Of a stretch of 64,000 bases of DNA, positions 26,593 through 40,397 are shown one piece after another. The DNA comes from Mobula hypostoma (Eukaryota). The notes beneath the pieces were generated by a model that worked only from the letters and a program-made list of their open reading frames with translations, was not told the origin of the DNA and ran no database searches. Location of the stretch: contig NC_086109.1 in NCBI RefSeq assembly GCF_963921235.1, positions 18,416,001 through 18,480,000 of the forward strand, read 5' to 3'. Position 1 is the first letter of the stretch; the number at the start of each line of letters is the position of its first letter. The position numbers and the translations under genes are program-made.

Positions 26593-26807
26593 GCCGGCTG
26601 GTGGTGTAGCGGCATCAGCGCTGGACTCCGGAGCGAAGGCTCCCGAGTTCGAATCCAGCCGGCTCCCTTGCACACTTTCCATCCATGCTGGGTTGAGCGT
26701 CGAGCTAGTAAATCGGCCTCGTAAAAATAAGAAAGCCTGCTAAAAAAATGCCATCATGATGGCGTCCCGATGACTCCACTCGGAGTTAAAGGCTTTCTTC
26801 TTTCTTC
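26593..26807 (+). mobile_element. tRNA-derived SINE in the Gypsy leader
   Basis: A-box TGGTGTAGCGG, B-box GTTCGAATCC, TTC-rich tail, 14-bp TSD 26579-26592 and 26808-26821. Confidence 0.9.
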
Positions 26808-29800
26808 TACCAGGCAATAATAATAATAAATAATAATAAAAGCAGAAATGGCTGGCTACATTGGAATGATAAACTCGCTCAGTTGCACAGCAGTGTATAC
26901 TGAACAAATTGAACAGTGTTTTAATGCAAATGGGATGCTAATGAGAAACAAATTTCAGATTTGCTGAGTGCAATGGGTGGAAGTGTATACAATTTGCCTA
27001 GAAGTTTGACTGTGGCAACTAAACCAGCCAAAATGAGTTTGAGCTTTGCTGCTATTGTGAAAGTAATAAGTGACATTTAGAAATGAAACCATTGTTAGTT
27101 GCAGAATGCTTTAGGTTTCAGAAGAGGAATCAAAAGGAAGGAGACGTGGCTGAATTGAAGAGATTGTCTGAGCCTTGTCAGTTCAGTGATCAGTTTATTA
27201 ATGCACTGAGAGATCACTTAGTTTGTGGACTCTTACAAGAAAGCCTGCAAAAGTGACTCCTAACTGAAACATAACTCACATTTAAAAGAGTAGTTGAAAT
27301 TGCTGTATCAATGGAAACTGCAGCCAGAGAAGTAACCAAGTTGCAGACAGGATTAAACATGAGCATGAACAAAATTACATCGTCTAAACAGTACATACCT
27401 GGCCAACTAAATTGTGTTACCATTGTGGCAGGGGCTCACATACACCAGACCAATGCAGATTTAAAGGGAAAACTTGCAGAAAATGCAACAAAGTAGGACA
27501 CAAATAACTAAACTGCAAAAAAGTCAAGTTGCAGATTAAAAAACAGCACTAATCTGCAAGCTGAAAAATCTGATAATGATGAATGTGATGCAGGACTGGG
27601 TATCCTTGAGATTTATAATCTGAAAATTAACATGTGACTAGCAATATAGCCTACACAAGAAGAAAATGGCAAACTAATTAAAATGGAATTGGATACTGGT
27701 TTGGCTGTCTCAATCATTTCACAAAATTCATTTGAATGACAATTTAAAGATCCTGAACTGAAGCTTGCAGATATCCAACTAAGAACTTACACTGGAGAGA
27801 TAATAACTCCTGTGGGAATGACAGTCATAACAGTGAAATATAACAAACAACAAGCCACATTGGGGTTGTACGTGGTAAAAACAGCATTGTGGGGACATGA
27901 CTGCCAGAGATAACCACAACTTGATAGGAGATCCATCCTCTATTTGCATGCCACATCCCCTGCAATATGATTCAACTAAAGGTGAATCATGAAAGTTACA
28001 AGATAATGCCATAACAATGTTCAAGGATGGCATTGGATAACTCAAACATATCAAACATAAAATGGTGTTAACTGAAAATGCCACACCCGAGTTTTACAAA
28101 GTCCGTCCAATTCCTTACACCATCTGTGACAAGGTAGCCAGTGAGCTAGATCACATGGATGCTGAAGGAGTTCTTTCCAAGGTTGAGTGGAGCCCTTGGG
28201 CAACACCGGTGGTTCCAGTAGCCAAGAAGATTGGGTCTGTCAGGAGTTGTGATGATTTTAAGGTCATGATCAACCGAGTACTGAATGCATACCCTCAGCC
28301 CGGGATAGCAGATATCTTTTTTGGGGGGGAAACACTTCAGAAAATTGGATTTATCTGAGGCCTACCTACAGATGGAGCTAGAGGAACAGTCTAAAGTGTT
28401 TCCCACCATAAACACTCACACAGGGCTTTATCACTATAATAGGCTTATTTCTGGAGTAGCATGGACTCCTGCACTCTGACAGAAAATAACGGACCAGGTG
28501 CTACAAGATTGCCTTGGCACTCAGTTTTACTTCGACGACATTATTGTTACTGTTGAGGTTGACAAGAAACATCTCCAAAATCTCAAGAATATGTTATAAA
28601 GATTATAAGATTATGGGCTCAGAGCACAATGCAACATGTGTGAATTCTTTAAACAAAGCATCACATATTGTGGTCACAACATTAATGCACAAGGATTATA
28701 CAAGTGTACAGATGAAATTCAAGCATTGATTGATGCCACAAGGCTAAAGGATGCGTCATAGTTGTGGTCTTTTTTAAGATTTGCCAACTATTATAACAGT
28801 TTTCTGCTAAACCTGGCTATGATGCTTCACCCCTTGAGCTCATTGCTATCGACCGGGAAGAAATGACAATGGACAAAGCAGTGTGAGGTGACTTTCCTAA
28901 AGGAAAAAGAAATGGCACGTCATCCTGTCAAGTTTTCCTGTGATGCCTTGCCTTATGGTATAGGAGCAGCCATGTCACATGCTCTGAGTGATAGAAGTGA
29001 ATGCCCCCATAGGTTTTGCATCATGTTCCCTTATCACTGCAGTAAAAAAAAACTATGCACAGTTTGACAGGGAGGCATTGAATCTGGTTTGGTGTGTAAT
29101 ATGTTTCAACCAGAACTTGTATTGGAGAGAATTTACCTGCCTTACTGATCATCAGTCACTGGTGACAATTTTCAGTGCATGGAAGGGTGTTCCACTAACT
29201 GCAGCAGCTCATATGCAGAGATGGAATCTGTTTCTTGGAGGACACAATTACAAGATTAAATTCAAGAGGATAACTAATCATGGAAATGCTGATGGATTGT
29301 CTCGTTTACCCCTTGGAAAAGGAACTACCTGAAAAATTTATGAAAGAGGACACTCTTCTTGACATATTCTCCCTAATGCAAATTGAATGTCTCCCTGTTA
29401 CAGCTGAGAAGCCCCACAGTGTCTCAGGTCTACATACCTATCCAAACTGGCTGGAATTTGTAGCAGAAATTCCAGTTCCCCCATTTTTGCCTGCACCAGT
29501 ACGAAATTGTCCTTTACAGGGTTTACTTCATGTGGCGATTGGGAGTTGTTGTACCATCCAAGCATGAACTGTCATGTAGGTGTGGTCAAGATAAAGCTTT
29601 GGCTGGAAGCGTTGTCTGGTAGCCTGGGATAAATCAGCAGATCGGACAGACTGCCATGTACTGTCCGGGATGCCAACACGTCCAGAGCTGTCAGAAGCAT
29701 TCCTGGAAGTCCCAGAGTCAACTCCTACAATCACCATGGAGGAGGCACCAAAACCTGAGATTGTTTCACAGCCACAAGTCTCGCTGCCAAGCAGTGTCCC

Positions 29801-29853
29801 CCCGCCCGCAGCCCCCACTTATCAGGAAAGATGATATCCCACAAGAGTAAGAA

Positions 29854-32800
29854 AACATATAACCATATAACATATAACAGTTACAGCACGGAAACAGGCT
29901 ATCTCGGCCCTTCTAGTCCATGCCGAACTCTTACTCTCACCTAGTCCCACCGACCTGCACTTGGCCCATAACCCTCCGTTCCTTTCCTGTCTATATATCT
30001 ATCCAATTTAACTTTAAGCGACAACATCGAACCTGCCTCAGCCATTTCTGCTGGAAGCTCGTTCCACACAGCTACCACTCTCTGAGTAAAGAAGTTCCCC
30101 CTCATCTTACCCCTAAACTTTTGTCCTTTAACTCTCAATTCATGTCCTCTTGTTTGAATCTTCCCCACTCTCAATGGAAAAAGCCTATCCATGTCAACTC
30201 TATCAATCCCCCTCATAATTTTAAACAACTCTATCAAGTCCCCGCTCAACTTTCTACGCACCAAAGAATAAAGACCTAATTTGTTCAAACTTTCTCTGTA
30301 ACTTAGGAGATGAAACCCAGGCAATATTTTAGTAAACCTCTTCTGTACTCTCTCAATTTTATTGACATCTTTCCTATAATTCAGTGACCAGAACTATACA
30401 CAATACTCCAAATTTGGCCGTATCAATGTCCTATACAATTTCAACATTACATCCCAACTCCTGTACTCAATGCTCTGATTAATAAAGGCCAGCATACCAA
30501 AAGCTTTCTTCACCACCCTATCCACATGAGATTCCACCTTCAGGGAACTATGCACCATTATTCCTAGATCCCTCTGTTCTACAGCATTCTTCAATGCCCT
30601 ACCATTTACAATGTATGTCCTGTTTTGATTAGTCCTACCAAAATGTAGCACCTCACATTTTTCATCATTAAACTCCATCTGCCATCTTTCAATCCACTCT
30701 TCTAACTGTCCTAAATCTCTCTGCATGCTTTGAAAACCTACCTCATCATCCACAACGCCACCTATCTTAGTATCATCTGCATATTTACTAATCCAATTTA
30801 CCACCCCATCATCCAGATCATTAATATATATGACAAACAACATTGGACCTAGTACAGATCCCTGAGGCACACCGCTACACACCATCCTCCAATCTGACAC
30901 ACAGTTATCCACCACTACTCTCTGGTGTCTCCCATCTAGCCACAGCTGAATCCATTTTACTACTTCCATATTAATGCCTAACGATTGAACCTTCCTAACT
31001 AACCTTCTGTGTGGAACCTTGTCAAAGGCCTTACTGAAGTCCATATAGATAACATCCACCACTTTACCCTCATCATCTTTCTTAGTAACCTCATCAAAAA
31101 ATTCAATAAGATTTGTCAAACATGACCTTCCATGTTGACTGTTCCTAATCAGACCCTGTCTATCCAGATAATTATATATACCGTCTCTAAGAATGCTTTC
31201 CATCAATTTACCCACCACTGACGTCAAACTTACAGGCCGATAATTGCCAGGTTTACTCTTAGAACCTTTTTTAAACAATGGAACCACATGAGCAATACGC
31301 CAATCCTCCGGCACCATCCCCGTTTCTAATGACATTTGAAATATTTCTGTCAGAGCCCCTGCTATTTCCACACTAACTTCCCTCAAGGTCCTAGGGAATA
31401 TCTTGTCCGGACCCGGAGACTTATCCACTTTTTTATTCCTTAAAAGCGCCAGTACTTCCTCTTCTTTAATTGTCATACTTTCCATAACTACCCTTCTTGT
31501 TTCCTTTACCCTACACAATGCAATATCCTTCTCCTTAGTGAATACCGAAGAAAAGAAATTGTTCAAAATCTCCCCCATCTCTTCTGGCTCCACACATAGC
31601 CGTCCACTCTGATTCTCCAAGTGACCAGTTTTATCCCTCACTATCCTTTTGCCACTAACATAACTGTAGTGGCTTTATTTTGGATTTATTTTCTCCTTAC
31701 TTGCCAAAGCAGCCTTGTATCTTCTTGTAGCTTTTCTAATTTCTTTCTTAAGATTCTTTTTACATTCTTTATATTCCTCAAATACTTCATTAACTCCAAG
31801 CTGCCTATATTTATTGAAAATCCCTCTCTTTTTCTCAACCAAGTTTCCAATATCCCTTGAAAACCATGGCTCTCTCAAACTTTTAACCTTTCTTTTCAAC
31901 CTAACAGGAACATAAAGGTTCTGAACCCTCAAAGTTTCACCTTTAAATGACCTCCATTTCTCTATTACATCCTTCCCATAAAACAAATTGTCCCAATCCA
32001 CTCCTTCTAAATCCTTTCGCATCTCCTCAAAGTTAGCCTTTCTCCAATCAAAAATCTCAATCCTAGGCCAAGACCTATCTTTCTCCATAATTACACTGAA
32101 ACTAATGGTATTGTGATCACTTGACCCAAAGTGCTCCCCAACACATAGCTCCGTCACCTACCCTGTCTCATTCCCTAACAGGAGATCCAACACTGCCCCT
32201 TCTCTAGTTGGTACCTCTATGTATTGCTCCAAAAGACTATCTTGCACACTTTTAACAAACTCCAAACCATCCAGCCCTTTTACAGAATGGGCTTCCCAGT
32301 CTATGTGTGGAAAATTAAAATCTCCCACAATCACAACCTTGTGCTTACTACAAATATCTGCTATCTCCTTACAAATTAGCTTCTGCAGTTCTCAGTCCCC
32401 ATTAGGTGGTCTATAATACACCCCTATAAGCGTCATAACACCTTTCCTATTCCTGAATTCCACTCAAATAGCCTCCCTAGACGAGTCCACTAATCTATCC
32501 TGCCAGAGCACCGCTGTTATATATTCTCTGACAAGCAGTGCAACACTTCCCCCTCTTTCCCCTCCTATTCTATCACACCCGAAGCAACGAAATCCTGGAA
32601 TATTTAGTTGCCAATCACACCCCTCCTGCAACCACGTTTCACTAATAGCTACAACATCATATTTCCAGGTATCAATCCATGCTCTAAGCTCATCCACCTT
32701 TCTTACAATGCTCCTAGCATGAAAATAGATGCATTGAAGAAACTCTCCACCTCCCACTCTCTGTTTATCCTTAATGGAGCAAACAACTTCGTTATATTTT

Positions 32801-33835
32801 TCTTCCTTTTCCCCTACATCAACCTCCCCTCTCCTAGTCTCCTTAATTTGATTCCCTCCCCCCCAACCATTCTAGTTTAAAGTCACCTCAGTAGCCCTCG
32901 CAAATCTCCCCGCCAGGATATTGGTCCCCCTAGGATTCAAGTGCAACCCGTCCCCTTTGTACAGGTCACGCCTGCACCAATAGTGGTCCCAATGATCCAA
33001 AAACCCAAATCTCTGCCCCCGCTCCAATCCTTCAGCCATGCATTTATCCTACATCTCATTGCATTCCTACTCTCACTGTCGTGTGGCACAGGCAGTAATC
33101 TTGAGATTACTACCTTTGCGGTCCTTTTTCTCAACTCCCTTCCTAACTCACTATATTCTTCTTTCAGGACCTCTCCCCTTTTCCAACCTATGTCATTGGT
33201 ACCTATATGTACCATGACCTCTGGATCCTCTCCCTCCCACTTCAGGATATCTTGGACGCAATCAGAAACATCCCGGACCCTGGCACCAGGGAGACAAACT
33301 ACCATCCGGGTCTCCAGACTTTGTCCACAGAATCGTCTATCTGACCCCCTAACTATTGAGTCCCCTGTTACTACTGCCCTCCTCATCCGTTTCCTACCCT
33401 TCTTAGCTACAGGGCTGGACTCTGTGCCGGAGGCACGGCCAGTGTTGCTTCCCCCAGGTATGCTGTCCCCCGCAACAGTACTCAAACAGGAGTACTTGTT
33501 GTCAAGGGGCACAGCCACCAGGGTACTCTCTATTACCTGACTCTTCCTATTCCCCCTCCTAACCTTGACCCACTTGTCTGCCTCCCGTGGCCCCGGTGTG
33601 ACCACCTGCCTGTAACTCCTCTCTATCAACTCCTCACTCTCCGTGACAAGACGAAGGTCATTGAGCTGCAGCTCCAGTTCCCTAACGCGGTCCCTTAGGA
33701 GCTGCATCTCGGTGCACCTGGCGCAGGTGTGGATGTCTGGGAGGCTGGGAGACTCCACAACCTCCCACATTCGGCACCGAAAACAACAAGCTGCCCTCAC
33801 ACTCATACTTCCCCCCTCTCTTCAAATAACAGGGA
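29854..33835 (-). mobile_element. Near full-length CR1 LINE (ORF1 and ORF2, disrupted)
   Basis: ORF1 32937-33806, then APE (AISETWL, GSSDHN) and RT (YADDTK) in four ORF pieces, and a TTATATG(G) tail repeat. Confidence 0.97.
32937..33806 (-). pseudogene. CR1 ORF1: zinc-finger/leucine-zipper plus SGNH esterase, frameshifted near its C-terminus
   Basis: CFRC..CARC, LRDRVRELELQLNDL, VTGDSIVRG, VHIGTNDI. The esterase is an established CR1 ORF1 domain. Confidence 0.88.
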
Positions 33836-34289
33836 AAAAAATCCTCCACAGAGATTAATTTATTAGGCCTGAAAGGGCAATTTAAAACTTACTATGCTGT
33901 GGATGTCTATACAGTAGTTGTGTTAGAAAAATCAGAATCATGTTTATTATCACCACCAGGTGTCGTGAAATTTGTTGTATTATATAATATACTATATATA
34001 TATATTGCACACCTCACTAAAGTAAAAACTAAATGTATGTGATTTATCCCCAACACCATGTTTTTTTTTCTTTCAATTAGTTTTATGGTTTAGAGATACA
34101 AAACATAAGAAGTCGGAACAATGTTTGTTTCAAATTAATTAGTTCCTAAGATATGGGCATCTTTGGCATGAGTGTCACAGTTACTCTTGAGAAGTAAGCA
34201 GGATTATTCTTGCTCAATTATTGGCTTAGCAGTCTGGTACAAGTGAATGATTTGCATGGCATCTTCTCGACATTAAGCAGCACCTACGG

Positions 34290-34925
34290 TATTGTGAAAG
34301 AGCAGAGGGACTTGACATTTCTGGTTTCCAGTTCTGATGGATAAGCCCATAAAGGAAGTTAATGGAACACTAGGTCTTACTGCGAGAGGTGTGTTGAATA
34401 CAGGAGGAAGGATTCAGAGCAAGGGAGACTATGTACAGCTTTGGCCTCCACACTGCAGGAAGCATGTGAATTGCATCAGGAAAATATGTAGCTCAATAGT
34501 CTGATGTGAAGAAGTGGCAGAAAGATGCTGAAAAAAAAGCAAGACTATTTAAAACAGAATGCTGTGTGATTGCCCAAGGTGTTAACATTAAGAAGGAATA
34601 GATGGACGTAGACCAAAACCGACTGTTTCCGGCAATTGTGGTCAAGGAGTGAATGATGCAAAATTAAAGGTAAGGGACTTTAGACAATGAGCAACTGAAA
34701 CCTTTTCAATATATAAAAAAACAAAACGAGGTTGAGGTATGCACAACTAGAATTACAAATTAAAGCAATGATACACCAGTATTTAATGGTTTAGATCAGT
34801 GGTTGAAGGAAAGGGATACTCATCTATATTTGGGATTACTTTGTATGAGGGATAAAGACCAACAACAATTAATGAGACCGAGCCACCTTATTCAGTGTTG
34901 CAATGCTTGCATAATTCTGTAATCA
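34290..34925 (+). mobile_element. Very old CR1 3' fragment
   Basis: Residual GAGCAGAGGGACTTG, GAATACAGGAGGAAGG and ATGTACAGCTTTGG motifs. Confidence 0.55.
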
Positions 34926-35348
34926 CCATCAGAACAGGGGCTGTAAGCTCTCCAGTGCCTCCATCCTAGTTTATATCCCGTCCAGCTGCTTTGTCATTTT
35001 ATTTTTCTGTTACAGGTTTATTTCGGAGATGGTTCTGACAAGCTCGTATGGGTGGAAACCTTAAAGTATGATGACAGATGCTGTGAGCACACAGTAATTA
35101 ACTACTGTGATGTAAGAAAAATAATCTGTCACAACTGATTTTGTAGAGCTGCGCAGCTAACACAGAGGCCCTGTACGCGTATAGTAGACTGCTGTTTTTT
35201 TCACAAAATCCAGTCCCAGAAAATCTGGTAGGTGAGCAGAGGGTTCAAATAGATCTGTTGTTCTGAGAAATTGCTAGTTCATTGTCTCATCTCTGCTCAT
35301 ATCTATAACTGATTTAGCCCTCTAAGATTTAGATTCATTTATTTATTA

Positions 35349-38300
35349 GACCATAAGATATAAGAGCAGAATTAAGTCATCTTGTCCATCGAGTCTGCTC
35401 CGCCATTTCATCATGGCTGATCCAATTTTCCTCTCAGCTCAATCTCCTGCCTTCTCCCAAAATCCCTTCATGCCCTGACCAATCAAGAATCTATCAATCT
35501 CTGCCTTAGAGATACATAAAGACTTGGCCTCGACAGTTACCTGTGGTAATGAATTCCTCAGATTCACCACTCTCTGGCTAAAGAAAATCCTCTTCATCTC
35601 CATTCTAAAAGGATGCACCTCTACTCTGAGGCTGTGTCCTCTGGTCTTAGACTCTCCCACCATGGGAGACATCCTCTCCACATCCATTCCATCAAGGTCT
35701 TTCACCATTCAATAGGTTTCAATGAGGTCACCCCTCCTACTTCTGAATTCCAGCGAATACAGGCCCAGAGCCATCAAACACTCTTAAATGACAAACGATT
35801 TCAGTCCTGGAATAATTTTCGTGAACCTCCTTTGAATGTCCTCCAGTTTCAGCATGGCCTTTCTAACATAAGGGGCCCAAAACTGCTCGCAATACTCTAA
35901 GTGAGGCCTCACCATGCTTTATAAAGTTTCAACATTACATCCGTGCTTTTTTATTTTTTTCCTCTTGAAACATTGCATTTGCTTTCCTCACCACAGACTC
36001 AACCTGCATATCAACCTTTAGGGAATCCTGCACAAGCACTACCAAGTCCCTTTTCACCTCAGATTTATACATTTTCTCTCCATTTAGAAAATAGTCAATC
36101 CTTTCATTTCTTCTAACAAAGTGCATGACCATACACTTGCCAACAATATATTCCATCTGCCATTTCTTTGCCTATTCTCTTCAAGTTCTTCTGTAGTCTC
36201 TCTACTTCCTTAAAACTATCTGCCCCTCCACCTATTTTCATATCATCTGCAAACTTTATAACAAAGTCATGAATTCCATCATCCAAATCATTGACATATA
36301 ACGTAAAAAGAATCAGTCCCAACATAGACCCTTGTGGAACACCACTACTCACTGTCAGCCAGCCAGAAATATTCCCTTTATTCCAACTCTTTGCCTCCTG
36401 CCAATCATCCTCTGCTTTATCCATGCTAGAATCTTTTCTGTAATACCATGGGCTCGTAGCATGTTAAGCAACCTCATCTGTGGCCCTTGTCAATAGCCTT
36501 CTGAAAATCCAAGTATACAACATCAGCCAATTCTCCTTTATCTATACTGCTTGATATTTCTTCAAGAATTCCAACAGATTTGTCAGGCAAGATTCCCCTT
36601 TGAAGAAACTATGCTAACTATGGCCTATTTTATCATGTGCCTCCAAGTACCTTGAGAACTCATCCTTAATAATCAACTACAACATCTTCCCATCCACTGA
36701 GCTCAGACGACTTGGCCTATAGTTTCCTTTTTTCTGCCTCTCTTTCTCTCATCTTGAGGTGTGGAGTGACATTTGCAATTCTCCAGTCTTCTGGAACCAT
36801 TCCAGAATCTAGTGATTCTTGAAATATCATTACTAATGTCTCCATGATCTCTTCAGCCACCTCTTTCAGAACCCTGGGTATATATGATCTAGTCCAGGTG
36901 TCTTATCTATCTTCATACCCTTCAGTTTCCCAAGAACCTTCTCTCTAGTTCATACACTTCATGACCCTGACACCTGGAACTTCCACCATACTGCTAGTGT
37001 GTCTTCCACAGTGAAGACTGATGCAAAATACTTGTTCAGTTCATCCACCATTTCCTTGTCCCCCATTACTATCTCTCCCGCATCAGTTTCCAGCAGTCTG
37101 ATATCCACTCTTGCCTCTCATTTACACTTTATGAATCTGAAGAAACTTTTGCTACCTTCTTTAATATTATTGGCTACCCTACTTTCATATTCCATCTTTA
37201 CCTTCTTAATTACTTATTTTAGTTGCTTTCTGTTGGCTTCAAAAAGCTTCCCAACCCTCTAATTTCCCATTAATTTTTGCTCTGTTATATGCCCTGTCTT
37301 TGGCTTTTGCTGTTTTGACTTCTCTTGTTAGCCATGGTTGTGTCAACTTTCCTTTAGAACACTTCTTCCTCTTTGGGATGTACAAAGTATATACGGTATC
37401 CCGCGTCTTCCGAATTGCTTTCAGAATTCCAGCCATTGCTGCTCTGCCGTCATCCCTGCCAGTGTTATTTTCCAATCAATTCTGGCCAACTCCTTTCCCA
37501 TGCTTCTCTAATTCCCTTTACTCCACTGTAATAGAGATACACCTGGCTTTAGCTTCTCCTTCACAAATTTCATGGTGAATTCAATCATATTATGATAACT
37601 TTCCCCTAAAGGTTCTTTTATCTTAAGCTGTCTATTCAATTCTGGTTCATTGCACAACACCCAATCCAGAATAGTTGATATTCTACTGGACTCAACCCCG
37701 AGCTGCTCTGAAAAGCCATCTCATAGGCATCCTAGAAACTCTCCCTCCTGGAATCAAGCACCAACGTGATTTTCCAATCTACCTACATATTGGTCCCCCA
37801 TGACTATTGTAACATTGCCCTTTTGGTATGCATTTTCTATCTCCTGTTGTAATTTGCAAGCCATCCTTACCATTGTTTGGAGGTCTGTATATAACTCCCA
37901 TCAAGTTCTTTTTACCCTTGCAGTTCCTTAGCTCTATTCACAATGATTCAAACCCTATGTCATCTCTTTCTAATGATTTGATTTAATTTTTTACCAACAG
38001 AGCAACACCGCTCCCTCTGTTCTTTCAATACAGTGCATATCCTTGGACATTAAGCTCCCAGCTATAATCTTCTTTCAGTCATGGTTCAGTGATGCCTACA
38101 ACATTATGCTGCAAGTTCATCTACCTTACTCTGTGTACTGCGTGCATTCAAATGCAACACCTTGTCATGTATTCATTGATTTTGTCCGCCTTTTTCATTG
38201 CAACTCATTGCAATTTTGCCCTATCAACAGCCTCTCCTGACTACACATTGCCTCTGTTTTTGTAAACTAGCTACCTCATCTACAGCACTAAAATCCGCCT

Positions 38301-39270
38301 TTCCTACAATACTTCTTGCATTGAAAAATTTGCAGCTCAGGATACTGGTCGCACCATGCTCAACCTTTCAATTGCTAAGTTTCTCTGAGGTCCTAGCAAC
38401 ATCTGCCTCCACAATCTCTCCACTAATTGTTCTGGCACACTGGTTCCCATGCCCCCCGCAATTCCAGTTTAAAACCCATCGTGCAGCATTAACAGATCTT
38501 CCTGCTAGATATTAGTTCCCCTCCAGTTCAGGTGTAAGCTGTCCCTTCTATAAAGGTCTCACCTTCCCTGGAAGAGAGCCCAATGAATCAAAAATCTTAG
38601 GCCCTCCCTCCTACATCAACTCCTTAGTCTCATATTAAACTGTATAATCTTTCTAGTTCTGGTCTCACTAGCGCATGGCACAGGTAGCAATCTTGAGATA
38701 ACAACCCTGGAGGTCCTACCCTTTAACTTAGTACCTAACTCCCTAAACTCCCTATGCAGAACTTCATCACTCCTCCGACCCATGTCATTGGTACCTACAT
38801 GGACCCTGAATTCTGGCTGTTCACTCTCCAACTTAAGAATGATGAGGACTCGACCCGAGATATCCTGGACCCTGGCACCCAGGAGGTAACATACCATCCA
38901 GGAATCTCATTCTCACCCACAGAACCTCCTGTCTGTTTTCCTAACTAATGAATCCCCTATCACTACAACATGTCCTTTCTCCCCCTTCCCTACTGCGTCA
39001 CAGAGACAGACTCAGTCCCAGACACCTGACCATTGAGACTTTCCTCAGTTAGGTCATTCTCCCCCAAAGTGATATACTTGTTGTTGAGGGGGACAACCAC
39101 AGGGGTACTCTGCATTGGCTCCTTAACCCCTTCCCCCTTCCTGACTGTCACCAAATTTCCTGTGTCCTGCACCTTGGGTGTAACTACCTCCCTAGATGTC
39201 CTACCTATCACCCCCTCAGCCTCCCGAATAATCTGGAGTTCATCCAGTTCCACCTCCAACTCCTGTAGTG
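35349..39270 (-). mobile_element. Older near full-length CR1 LINE
   Basis: ORF1 esterase remnant (VHVGTNDM, LEVELDELQIIREAE), RT GVPQGS/FADD, 3' end FFSQRVVNL, CCATAAGA tail. Many stops. Confidence 0.93.
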
Positions 39271-39896
39271 ACTCGCTGCTGCCTCTTATCCTTGGGCAGA
39301 GGACCCGATTGAAGTCCCCTCCTCTCAAGACTTCCGATGACCAGATTGACCGCTGGTCAAAACTCTTTTTAATCACGTGTACATTGAAATGTACTGTGAA
39401 ATGCATTGTGTGTGTTAACGCCCAATACTTCAGGATGTGCTCGAGGGGGCAGCCTGCAAGTGTTGCCACAACAACATAACACGCCCACAACATACAGCAG
39501 AACAATACAGAACACAGCAAAAAAAAAAGAAAACAAGGAGAGCAACCAAACAACAACAGCAAAACAAACCTCCTTTCCTCCCTTCCACCCACTCAGACAC
39601 ACGGATAGTTTGCCAACCCTGGAGCTGGCCTCCGGGCTTCCAGCAGACACCAGGCCTCTGACTTCCCCAGTGGACTCTCAGACTCATAAACTCTAACTCC
39701 TCCACATCCCTGTCCTTTATCCCTAACCTGACCTCTAACTCCCATCTCTGTCACCAAATCCATCCATATGAACTAAAGAAAATAACTAAATCTAAGCCAC
39801 CACCCTGATGGGGACTGCAGCTCATACAACCTTGACAGGACGTCACATGCTCCGCCAATTCCACCTTCTTGGGCATCTCCGATTCTAACCTGCAAC

Positions 39897-40118
39897 TGTT
39901 GTAGATTTAATATTTCAATGGTATTTGAGTAAACTGGTATATATATTGTTTAAATAATTAATTACGGGTTACATGCAAGAATATGTTAATTGCATACGTC
40001 ATCACACTACCACGTGATACATGTGGTCTTCGCTTAAACTCAAAGTTAGACCACATTTCAGGCACCCATGCCCTCCTTCGAATTAGTTTAATGTTTTGAA
40101 ATTACAAAACATAGAACA
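39897..40118 (+). mobile_element. Solo LTR related to the Gypsy LTR at 26119
   Basis: Shares TTAATATTTCA..TATTTGAGTAA, GCATACGTCA and TTACAAAACATA; TG..CA ends. Confidence 0.8.
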
Positions 40119-40397
40119 ATCCGCTCTCAGCTGCCCAGGTCCAGACTTCTGACATTTCTTTTCTCAATCTCTCCACCTTTCTTCCTGTCCTGTTCTTAGT
40201 CTCTTGAAAACCTTTCATTTTGGTCCGAGACATTCATCCTCACACCACTTCTGCAGGATGAGTATCAAGTGTTGTTTGTTAACTCTCAGTTGAAGCATCT
40301 TAAAATGTTTTATGTCATTAAAAATGTTATAGAGGCATACAGAAAGGATCTTTGGCTCAATGAGTCTGACCAGACCATTAAACAACTATTTACATTA

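Larger units (their letters stand above)
26119..34110 (+). mobile_element. Degenerate Ty3/Gypsy LTR retrotransposon with nested insertions
   Basis: 5' LTR 26119-26365 (TG..CA), PBS TGGTGACGAG 26367-26376, gag from ATGGCTGGCTAC (about 26848), protease MELDTG, RT (SPWATPVVPV, YFDD), RNase H (HGNADGLSRLP), 3' LTR remnant about 34005-34110, imperfect TSD AGTGG/AGTCG. Confidence 0.92.

Noticed and set aside
26593..26665. tRNA gene
   Set aside because: It is a SINE head: it continues into a SINE body and tail and is flanked by a TSD.
35015..35066. TCR/Ig J-segment-like peptide YFGDGSDKL
   Set aside because: No heptamer/nonamer RSS upstream and the FGxGT spacing is wrong.
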